Shown here: one piece after another, positions 1-9,920 of the stretch
Position numbering within the stretch: position 1 is the first letter of the stretch
Layout of the letters: each line of letters opens with the position of its first letter
Assembly: GCF_009914755.1 (NCBI RefSeq)
Contig: NC_060929.1
Source of the DNA: the human T2T-CHM13v2.0 reference genome, Homo sapiens
Reading direction: 5' to 3' (one strand)
DNA: 64,000 bases
The notes under the pieces: model-generated
Seen by the model: the letters and a program-made list of their open reading frames with translations, nothing else
Databases searched by the model: none
Told to the model about the DNA's origin: nothing
Position numbers and translations under genes: made by a program

Positions 1-1553
1 GTGAAGTTTGCCTCAGTGTAGTCATACAAGCCAAAGTTACCCTGTACATGTGTTAAAAAAATCAAGCTATGCTGTTCATTTCATTCTTTAGTTGAGAAAA
101 ACAAAAACCCTTAACAGTGGTATTCATAATTCCGGGGTATTGAGGCTTGTTTAATTACTCTTGGAGTTTATGATGCACAAATTATTTTCCTCTTTCACCC
201 TCCCCCTTACAAAACAAAATTTTAAAAAGATGGAGAAGTTTGGATTTTTAGCTTTAAAATAGGGTTGATTTTTGTTGTATAGTGCAGTGTTCTGTTTGTT
301 TTAGTCCTTTTTAAAATTAGTAGCTTACAAATTCTTTGGTGGCATCAATGCAATAGGTGAAATAAAAGTTTGACCGAAGCATGTTTAGAGATGTACTTTG
401 AAAGAGCGAGTACAGGTATTGCTCCTTTTATTTTTGGGGTAAGACCTCCTTCTGAGAAAAATTTAAAACCAACCTAAATATTCCTTGGAAAAAACACCGG
501 AAACTTAATCTTTTTAAATATTAACCCTTTGGTGACATCTAACTGTCTCTTCTTTCTTATCTTATCTGAGCTGATGAATTAGAGCAGATCAAATTGCCCA
601 TCATCTGTCTACGAACAATTGGTATATTTAGATAATTGAACAGCTTCCTTTCTCACATTAAAATCTGGTAACTGATAAAATGAGCGAATTGTCCAAATTG
701 ACAAGACTGAAACAACATAGGAACTTTCTGAGTTTGGTTTTGTTGTTTTGGAGAGTTTTTGTTTTTTTTTTTCCTCCAATTTATTCTGCAACACGTTTTG
801 CTAATCTCAAGTTTCCTCTGACTTGTGTGTATGTATCAGAAACTTTGTTTTCTGCCTTAGAAAGCCAGTAGTCTCTAAAGAAAATTGTATTCATTTTATT
901 AACAAACAGAAGAGACATCAGCATCATTATTATGTTAAATAATAGCAAAATATCACTTTTTAAATGTCCGGTGGCTATTAACAAGTAATTAATTAGCTTT
1001 TGTTAGGCAAATGGTTTCTGGAGCTTGAGAACTTTTATTAAAGTTTAGTTAAGATTTAATATACAGTCACAGTTTGCTCCTGCTCACTTAGTATCCAGCA
1101 TTTTTTTCTTCTTTTTTAAAAATCATGACACAGAGAGTATAATCTTGGTAGATAAAATTAACCTGGTTGGGGGAGGTTAATACTTCGGAGAGGGAGTGAA
1201 AGGAAGTAAGGGAAGTCGGGGTACAGGAAGGGGGAGGGATTTTCTAAATTGTTTGGTCACCGCCAAAGTCAAGTCTTCACCCTATGAAATGGAAGATCTC
1301 ACATTGAGTAGGCGGAGGGAGGAAAAACTTTTGAGTCCACCTTCTAACCTCTGACAAATGAGCGTTTTCATTGTTTACTAGATTGGTGTGTAAACGCAAG
1401 ATTCTAGAGAAGGAGAGCCCACTTCAGGAGTATCTTTACTGCTATGGAAATAGTATTTTGCTCAATTGCACACAGGCTTGCATGTGCCTAATTCTGGATA
1501 CACACATGTGTAGAAGGAACTAATCATTTTTACCTTCTCTTCACTCTCTCTCA

Positions 1554-1557
<4 letters not shown>

Positions 1558-1594
<37 letters not shown>
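1558..1594. repeat. (TG)n microsatellite in intron 2
   Basis: Uninterrupted TG run of about 18 units. Confidence 0.95.
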
Positions 1595-1597
<3 letters not shown>

Positions 1598-2559
1598 CTT
1601 GTAGTTGTAAAAGCAGAACAGACTGGACAGTTAGATTTCCACATCTCTCCTTGGAGAAGCAGGATGCCTCCTCCTGTTATGTGGATCTTTTCCTCTCTCT
1701 TCCATTCTTTCTGTTCGTAGGAATGCCCCAGCTTCTGTTATTCCTGAAAGATGGAGAAGGGGCCAGGGAAGTGCAGCCTAGATGGAACCTATAAAGATTG
1801 TCCCTTGGTAAGGAAAGGCCAGGAGTGAGAAAGACCTTAGAAGCGGGTCTTTGCATTTTTTTCATTCTGGTCATGGTTTTCAAGAAAATTGAAATGAGGT
1901 AGATGATTCAGCAACTTGAAAAAGATTGAGGGAACAGACGCAGATTTTTTTAAAAAAATAATAATACAAGGAAGAATGGAGAGGAAATTTTCTGTTAACA
2001 TTGCTGCCTGAAGAAAATCTTTAGTTGGAGAAAGACTGGAAAGTACTTGTGCAAAAGGAGATGTGGAAACTCTCAGAGGTTTCATTTTGTTATTCTGCTT
2101 GTTTATTTGTGAGTGTTTGCAAACCGAGTGGGGTGACAATCCCCTTCTCCTACCTCCTTTTTTCTTGGAAGGAGGACTTTTTGTTGCAGTTTTAGACATT
2201 TCTAGCAGCAGAAATTGTGGGATAGGGAAGTGAAAGTGTTGGTGTCGGTGGCCACCAGAGTCTTTCTGGATTCCTTCCTGCCAAGATCTGCAAGATCAAC
2301 ACTGGGATTGATTGCTAGAGCAGCAGCCCGAGTTTGGAACCCATCAATACATTTTCTGTGGTACAAGCTAGGTGTTTTGAGCTAAGAGTTACCAACTAAG
2401 ACAGAGGTTCATCGGAAAGGAAACGGGAGTAAAAGAAAGGGAGGAGGGAGGGAGGGGAAAAGAGAGATGGGGGAAGGAAGAGAGACAGGGAAGGAGAGAG
2501 CAGGGTTTCATTTCTGTCCTTCTGTTTCCAACTTCTGTTTGGAAATGCTGTTTACTTGG

Positions 2560-3000
2560 GGCGTCTTGCCCGGGATCTTGGGCCAGGGAAGTGCCGGCCT
2601 GAAGTGACCCCCTCTTCCTGTACTTCTCTCCCCGCTCTGGGCCGCCTCCGCTCCCCCCTCCCCCGCACAGGTTGTACGGGATCAAATGCGCCAAGTGCAG
2701 CATCGGCTTCAGCAAGAACGACTTCGTGATGCGTGCCCGCTCCAAGGTGTATCACATCGAGTGTTTCCGCTGTGTGGCCTGCAGCCGCCAGCTCATCCCT
2801 GGGGACGAATTTGCGCTTCGGGAGGACGGTCTCTTCTGCCGAGCAGACCACGATGTGGTGGAGAGGGCCAGTCTAGGCGCTGGCGACCCGCTCAGTCCCC
2901 TGCATCCAGCGCGGCCACTGCAAATGGCAGGTACTCCTCTGCCCGGCTCGGGTAGGCAGGCGCCAGGTTAAGCCAGCCTGTGTGCCAGCGGCCACAACAA
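2560..3000. promoter_or_regulatory. CpG-rich segment over exon 3
   Basis: High GC and many CpGs compared with the flanking intron. Confidence 0.6.
2671..2930 (+). CDS. ISL1: ISL1 exon 3 (260 bp), second LIM domain
   Basis: Acceptor ccccgcacag|G and donor ATGGCAG|gtact. Translates [60 protein letters not shown]...PLQMA, with the LIM zinc-ligand pattern and recognisable Islet-1 sequence. Confidence 0.98.
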
Positions 3001-4539
3001 CTATGGTAGCTACAGGGGTGGTCGTAGTGTTTGCCTGCAGTTAAATGAAGTGTTCTGTATGCAATTTGCGCTGTGCTCTGCTCCTTTGCAGCAAGGTTCA
3101 ATGCACTCACTGTCTCCCTTGATTCCCCGAGCACACCTACACCGTCTGTGTGTCTCTATATGGTTACACATAAATGTACACCACTTGTGTACACGTGTAT
3201 ACACACGCCCAAACATTACTTCCAGTTCGCTCTGGCCTCCAAACCTTGGCTTGCTGAAAACGGGCTTCAGCTCCCAGCCAGGTATTCTCCTGCTGCCTAA
3301 TTAAAGGGGCGGAGCCCCGGGTCCCTGGAGCTTCATCCTTTAACCCAATGAAGGAAGCTTAGGTGGCCTGAAGTCATTTAGTCTCCCAAATCCTTTTTCC
3401 TTGTGAGTTGCTTCACACTCGAAATTTTTTTTTTAATTTTTTTATCTTTCTGTGAGAGAACAGGACTGAAAAGATACAGTTTTAAAAACTGCAGGCCATT
3501 GCACAGAGTTGTAATATAAAACTGTCAACAAGCTTATCTGCAGTAATTGCCTTTTAAAGGGAGCCTGCTTCTTTAAATCATTCATTCTATATGATTTGGT
3601 GAGAATTTCATCTTCAGGCCCATGGTTGTAGCTCTAAATTGACCCCATAGGTGTTGGCCTGACCCTAGGGGGTTGTAGAAGGTGCAGGATTTGTATCATG
3701 TAGATAAGAGGACTCATTCCCAAGGAAGAGGAGTGGAAACACAGCAAGGTTGGCCGGGACCAAAGCAGTGGGTTAGAAGGTGGACAGTGTTTCCAAACCT
3801 GACTTCCTGCCATGAATAGATCTACCCCTTTGCAGTTTTAAAGTATCAATTCCCACTAAACACTGAAGGTGAGGAAACTATAGCCCTCCCTTACCCTTCT
3901 GCCTTCTGGCAGCTCTAAGAATTCTGTTCAGGGGGATTTGTGACTAGTTTGCACCGGGGCACGGCTGGGGTGGTGCTCCTGTTCAGTGGAGCCTGCACTC
4001 TGCTTGTGGGGAAGCACAGAGGAAGCTAAAATACCGAGAGGGAGGCGGGGGACATCTCCCAGCCACCGTTTATCTAGAGCCTAGGCAGCTCAACAGAGTT
4101 TCCGTTTTCCACTGCTTGGGATCAGCCCATCTCAGGAACATCCATGTATTACCTTAGATTTAATACTAAGAGCAGGGATTGGAGATATGGCAGAAATAGC
4201 GAATCTCTTCAGCCCCTTCACATGACTGTCCTCTCGGACTGAAGTTCAAGGCGTTCTGGCAGAGTTCTCGACCTTCCCCTTGCAGAAGTCCCTGCTGGTG
4301 TAGTATTTATGGCTGTCACTGAAGTGCTCTGCGTTCCTTTCCCTGGTACCCTCTGTGGCCTTGGCCCAAGAGAAAATTCTGATCCTGGAGAGGGTGGTAA
4401 TCAATGTAACTGGGGCCCAGTCTGGGCACAAGGAAAGGTGAGAATGGAGGAGAAACAGTGCTGAAAAATGCCACCCCTGCTGTGAACAGGGGGACAGACT
4501 TTGAGACCTGCTTCCCTTGGCTAACACTTTGTTGACACG

Positions 4540-5720
4540 AGGAGGGGCGAGTGCTGCGTTTCAGGCCGGGATTACTCAGCAAAGACCTCTGCAGATTAGA
4601 GAGGAAGATTTTATTCTCCCTTTCACCCTCTTCGCCCCCACCTCTGCCGCCCCCTGCTTTGTGTGCTGAGGCTGCAAACCCTAGCCATTGTCCTGAGTAT
4701 CTCGGGCGGGCGAGCAAGTAAGCGGGCGGGCGGGCGGGCAAGCGAGCGAGCGAGCGAGCGCGCGACCGCGGGCGGGCCGGCAAGCGAGCCTCCAGCCCAG
4801 CGCTCACGGCGCTCCTTGCCCCGCAGCGGAGCCCATCTCCGCCAGGCAGCCAGCCCTGCGGCCCCACGTCCACAAGCAGCCGGAGAAGACCACCCGCGTG
4901 CGGACTGTGCTGAACGAGAAGCAGCTGCACACCTTGCGGACCTGCTACGCCGCAAACCCGCGGCCAGATGCGCTCATGAAGGAGCAACTGGTAGAGATGA
5001 CGGGCCTCAGTCCCCGTGTGATCCGGGTCTGGTTTCAAAACAAGCGGTGCAAGGACAAGAAGCGAAGCATCATGATGAAGCAACTCCAGCAGCAGCAGCC
5101 CAATGACAAAACTGTGAGTGGCTCTGGGGCCGGGCAGGGAATGCGAGGGGGAAGGAGACGCAGCGTGCGAGGTGCGTTCCTGGTACGCAGGATCGCACGG
5201 TTTTCAATCCTGCTCCTGGGCAGGAGTTTGGCCGGGGCTGCCCCTCATCCTTACCCCCCTACCCATGCCCCGGGGGACAGGCTACCCGGCGCCGGCCGCC
5301 AGCTGAGGGCGGGGAAGCTGGGAGGCTCCGTGCGCCGGGGGAGCAGCATCCAGGTCCCAACCTCGTGGGTGGGCTCATGCCCTTCCACCTCGCCTGTACC
5401 TGTGAACCGGAGAAACGCCGTCCTCCCCTCTGAGGGCAGGCGGCAACGAGGTTTGGCCCGGGTTTTGCCAACATTCAGATCGTCAGTTCCTCACGTACAC
5501 AAGAAGAGGGAGGGATAATACCTTGGATTCCTGCCTACATCCAGGGGTTCCGTGGGCAGGTCACCCTGTGAGCCCCCAGGGCGCACCGCACTTCTAAGTA
5601 AGGTCGGCCGCTGCGCCTTCAGGCTGGCGAGTTCCCCCAAGGTGACCCGCATGCCCAGATCACCCTCTGCTCCAGGTGAAGCCCAGGCCTCCACAGAGGC
5701 ATCAGGCCCCTCGCACCAGT
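4540..5720. promoter_or_regulatory. Intragenic CpG island spanning exon 4
   Basis: Very high GC and CpG density, with (GGGC)n and (GCGA)n runs upstream of the exon. Confidence 0.85.
4827..5113 (+). CDS. ISL1: ISL1 exon 4 (287 bp), homeodomain and poly-Q stretch
   Basis: Acceptor ccgcag|CGGAG and donor AAAACT|gtgagt. Encodes [95 protein letters not shown]. Phase is consistent with exon 3. Confidence 0.98.
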
Positions 5721-5787
5721 ATCCACTGTTATCTTGGTCCCACGGAAGCACCCACTCTGCAGGCCTCCTGGTGAAGTTAAGCTAGAG

Positions 5788-5821
5788 TTTCTTTTCTTCC
5801 TTTTTTTCTTTTCTTTCTTTT

Positions 5822-5870
<49 letters not shown>
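5788..5870. repeat. Polypyrimidine tract ending in a long pure T run (5824-5870), intron 4
   Basis: Seen directly. Confidence 0.95.
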
Positions 5871-5873
<3 letters not shown>

Positions 5874-6463
5874 GCTTTGGACCTATTTTTAAATGCCATA
5901 AAATCTGCTGTCATTAAACTTGGCAGGCTGGCCAAGATTGGGCCAGGGCACTTTCTGAGTTGGTTAGTGCATAATAGCACAATAGGAACCAGACCCAAAT
6001 GCTTTGGGGGGATGGAGTGGGGGGCTGGCTCTTCCTTGAGGAGAACGGCTTGGAAAAAATCTGCAGCTAACTGAAACTGCTCAGAAAACCACCCTGTCTA
6101 GAGGCTGAAGGGAAGCCCTGCTTACCTCAGCTTTTTAGTTCTGGGAAGCTATGGTCTGAGAAGGCAGAGGGGAGGAATTGGGCTGAGCTGTGAAGGTAAG
6201 GGGGAAGAAGAAAATCAAAGTAGAATTTGGTTTAATAAGGTCCATGCAGACCTAATAGTCCAGCCCACAGAGGCAGAAAAACAAAACAATAAAACAAATT
6301 GAATTCTAACTAATATCCGTAGGTACGGCGGATTAACTGAGTCAATAAAGACCACTATATAGATAAGATAATACCAGGGTATATTTGCTTAGCCTGTGCA
6401 GACAACGGAGGGAGGGAATTTGCTCATTAACATGTTGGGATTGGTTGGGGGGCCTATTCACAG

Positions 6464-6631
6464 AATATCCAGGGGATGACAGGAACTCCCATGGTGGCTG
6501 CCAGTCCAGAGAGACACGACGGTGGCTTACAGGCTAACCCAGTGGAAGTACAAAGTTACCAGCCACCTTGGAAAGTACTGAGCGACTTCGCCTTGCAGAG
6601 TGACATAGATCAGCCTGCTTTTCAGCAACTG
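6464..6631 (+). CDS. ISL1: ISL1 exon 5 (168 bp), Lhx3/4-binding domain region
   Basis: Acceptor ttcacag|AAT and donor CAACTG|gtaagt. Encodes [56 protein letters not shown]. Confidence 0.97.
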
Positions 6632-8683
6632 GTAAGTGTCAGCTCCCAGATGGAAGAGGCTGAATTCCCAACAGGAGACTCTGGTTTAACTGTCACACAT
6701 TGAAAGATTCAGTGGGGAGGGTGCCTTCTTGGGCTCAGGGTTGGGGAGAAACCAAGGAGGTGGGTAATGAAGAGAAGGGAGACAAATGCAGGGAAAACGA
6801 ACCTCTTGGCATCTTTTTTTTTTTAATGAGACTGCATAATTTGACCATATAGGTTGAATTTTCTATCAATCAGGCCTTCTTTGAAGGATTAATTTCAAGG
6901 TACCTAACTCTAGGTAGCATGTGCCAGAAGATGTACAGTGTTGGAGAATCATACATCTTAGAATTTTAGAGTTGTCAAGGACTTCAGGAAATCGTCTTGG
7001 CATTTCAATCAGCAATTAGTAAGTTTATCCTTCCTGAGCATCTAGAGAATGGGATATATAGGACCCAAATCAAGGCGATTGTAGTATATAATCAATGCTA
7101 TAATACACAATCAGTGTTGTTATCAATAAACAGCAGGCATGTGTCTGGGTACAATTTTCAAATATATTAATAAAGATTATTCAAATAGATGAATACTTTT
7201 TGTTACAGTATCCCTTGCTGGGAATGTCTTAATCTAAAATGTAGGACCGTTTAAATGTTTTCAAGTGTATGAGTTCAAATGTCATAGAGACACACAGTGT
7301 GTACCATGTATAGCAAAAGGGACATGAGCTCTACCAATCAGAAGTAAAGTGTTTAATCTGTGAAAACCTTAACATGTTTTCCACATCCAGAGAGGAGAAA
7401 ATTAATTCACTTTTTGCCTACAAAAGGCTTAAGGGGTCAAGATAAATAAGAACAATAAATATATGTCCTTTGTAATATGCTATATTTATATAGATGATTT
7501 TTTTTTCTTAAAGAGTAATCAGCCTTATAGAATCTTGTTTTATAAAATGTAAAGATCTATCCTGAAACCTTGTTCCCTTTTTTGGAAATGAAGCTTTAGT
7601 TGAGGTTAGCTTTTTACCCTCATATTTACCTGGAGGGCATTTGCTTTCTCAATGTCAACAGTTAGGTAATTGGCCAGAGGCAAGTGGTTAAAAGGGCTTG
7701 GCCCCAGGCTTGTGTTTGCAAATGCTAAGTGGGTGCAGAGGCTAGAAGTCCCTTAATCTCATATTGGAAAAATTTACTGTAGAAAGAAATGTAGGCTCTA
7801 GAACTAGGAAAAAAAAATTATTCTAAGCTCATTAATCTGTTGAGTTATTTGAGCGAATCCTGAATCACAGGAGGAAGGTAAGGGGAGGCTTCAGGGCAGC
7901 CAAATGTTTGCACTTTCTGAAACTTTAGTGTCAGATGAGAGCAGTGGAAGGGAAGCTGAGGCAGGAGTGGGCATAGTTAGAGAAGGTTTACAACAGCAGT
8001 ACAATGCGTTTAGGGTTAAAAGAAGGAGTCAGATATTTAAGAAGGAGTCAGATATTAGGGTTAAAAGAAGGAGTCAGAATGGGATGATGTCATAATATAT
8101 GGGTCTCATTTTGGAAGGAAGAGCCTGATTTAAAGAGAGAGAGAGAGAAAGGCCAAGAGGCAGCAGGACCAACAAGGAAGAATGCCCAAGCTGTGAGCCT
8201 GCTGAGGAGTTAATCTTTGTTCTGTGGAGCCTCCTCTCAATCTCCTGTCAAAGGATCTGAGCCTGTTACGGATTTTCCAACTGAAGAAGAGAGTCTTTGA
8301 TGCCTAGAGACTGAGAGCTCACCTACTCCCAGGGCAACATGTAGCCAGCAGGATAATTTTATTTCGAGCATGCATAGTAGAGTTGTGATGCCATTTTACA
8401 GTGGGAAACACATTTGTTCTTAAATAATTTAATGCAACATAATGTTGGGAATTCAGTTTCAGTTAAAACAGAGATCTTTTGGAAGATGGGAAAGTGAGAG
8501 GATTTCTTCCCAAGTTTTTCTCCTCTAGGCTTTCTCTAAGCCTGTTAAAATTCAGTTATCTATGTGAATATCTTTACATATCTATCTACACAAACATTTC
8601 TACATATACAATATGATGAGTTTATAATCTTTTTATGAATACTATTCCAGTGTCCTTTATTTATTTCTCAACCTTCTATGCAG

Positions 8684-8800
8684 GTCAATTTTTCAGAAGG
8701 AGGACCGGGCTCTAATTCCACTGGCAGTGAAGTAGCATCAATGTCCTCTCAACTTCCAGATACACCTAACAGCATGGTAGCCAGTCCTATTGAGGCATGA
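8684..8800 (+). CDS. ISL1: ISL1 exon 6 coding part, to the stop codon
   Basis: Polypyrimidine tract then atgcag|GTC. Encodes [38 protein letters not shown], with TGA at 8798-8800. Confidence 0.97.
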   Translation, partial: VNFSEGGPGSNSTGSEVASMSSQLPDTPNSMVASPIEA

Positions 8801-9920
8801 GGAACATTCATTCTGTATTTTTTTTCCCTGTTGGAGAAAGTGGGAAATTATAATGTCGAACTCTGAAACAAAAGTATTTAACGACCCAGTCAATGAAAAC
8901 TGAATCAAGAAATGAATGCTCCATGAAATGCACGAAGTCTGTTTTAATGACAAGGTGATATGGTAGCAACACTGTGAAGACAATCATGGGATTTTACTAG
9001 AATTAAACAACAAACAAAACGCAAAACCCAGTATATGCTATTCAATGATCTTAGAAGTACTGAAAAAAAAAGACGTTTTTAAAACGTAGAGGATTTATAT
9101 TCAAGGATCTCAAAGAAAGCATTTTCATTTCACTGCACATCTAGAGAAAAACAAAAATAGAAAATTTTCTAGTCCATCCTAATCTGAATGGTGCTGTTTC
9201 TATATTGGTCATTGCCTTGCCAAACAGGAGCTCCAGCAAAAGCGCAGGAAGAGAGACTGGCCTCCTTGGCTGAAAGAGTCCTTTCAGGAAGGTGGAGCTG
9301 CATTGGTTTGATATGTTTAAAGTTGACTTTAACAAGGGGTTAATTGAAATCCTGGGTCTCTTGGCCTGTCCTGTAGCTGGTTTATTTTTTACTTTGCCCC
9401 CTCCCCACTTTTTTTGAGATCCATCCTTTATCAAGAAGTCTGAAGCGACTATAAAGGTTTTTGAATTCAGATTTAAAAACCAACTTATAAAGCATTGCAA
9501 CAAGGTTACCTCTATTTTGCCACAAGCGTCTCGGGATTGTGTTTGACTTGTGTCTGTCCAAGAACTTTTCCCCCAAAGATGTGTATAGTTATTGGTTAAA
9601 ATGACTGTTTTCTCTCTCTATGGAAATAAAAAGGAAAAAAAAAAAGGAAACTTTTTTTGTTTGCTCTTGCATTGCAAAAATTATAAAGTAATTTATTATT
9701 TATTGTCGGAAGACTTGCCACTTTTCATGTCATTTGACATTTTTTGTTTGCTGAAGTGAAAAAAAAAGATAAAGGTTGTACGGTGGTCTTTGAATTATAT
9801 GTCTAATTCTATGTGTTTTGTCTTTTTCTTAAATATTATGTGAAATCAAAGCGCCATATGTAGAATTATATCTTCAGGACTATTTCACTAATAAACATTT
9901 GGCATAGATAAATAAATAAA
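8801..9920 (+). other. ISL1: ISL1 3' UTR (end approximate)
   Basis: Follows the stop codon, AU-rich and repeat-free. AATAAA at 9625-9630, 9890-9895, 9911-9916 and 9915-9920. Confidence 0.85.
9890..9920 (+). terminator. Distal polyadenylation signal cluster of ISL1
   Basis: AATAAA at 9890 plus overlapping AATAAATAAA at 9911-9920, followed by T/GT-rich sequence. Confidence 0.75.

Noticed and set aside
4316-5083. 255-aa antisense ORF overlapping exon 4
   Set aside because: Shadow ORF of a GC-rich homeobox exon and tetramer repeats (PARP/LARS runs), with no recognisable domain.
4898-5518. 206-aa homeodomain ORF with a novel C-terminus
   Set aside because: This is exon 4 read through a strong donor (ACT|gtgagt) into the GC-rich intron. 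Nothing supports intron retention.
5777-5998. Poly-lysine ORF
   Set aside because: Translation of the intronic poly-T tract on the minus strand.
8010-8078. CRISPR-like or telomeric array (contains TTAGGG twice)
   Set aside because: Eukaryotic intron, no regular unique spacers, no cas genes and no tandem TTAGGG run.
8690-8697. Alternative acceptor TTTTCAG inside exon 6
   Set aside because: It lies 13 nt downstream of the main acceptor and would shift the frame. There is no supporting evidence.
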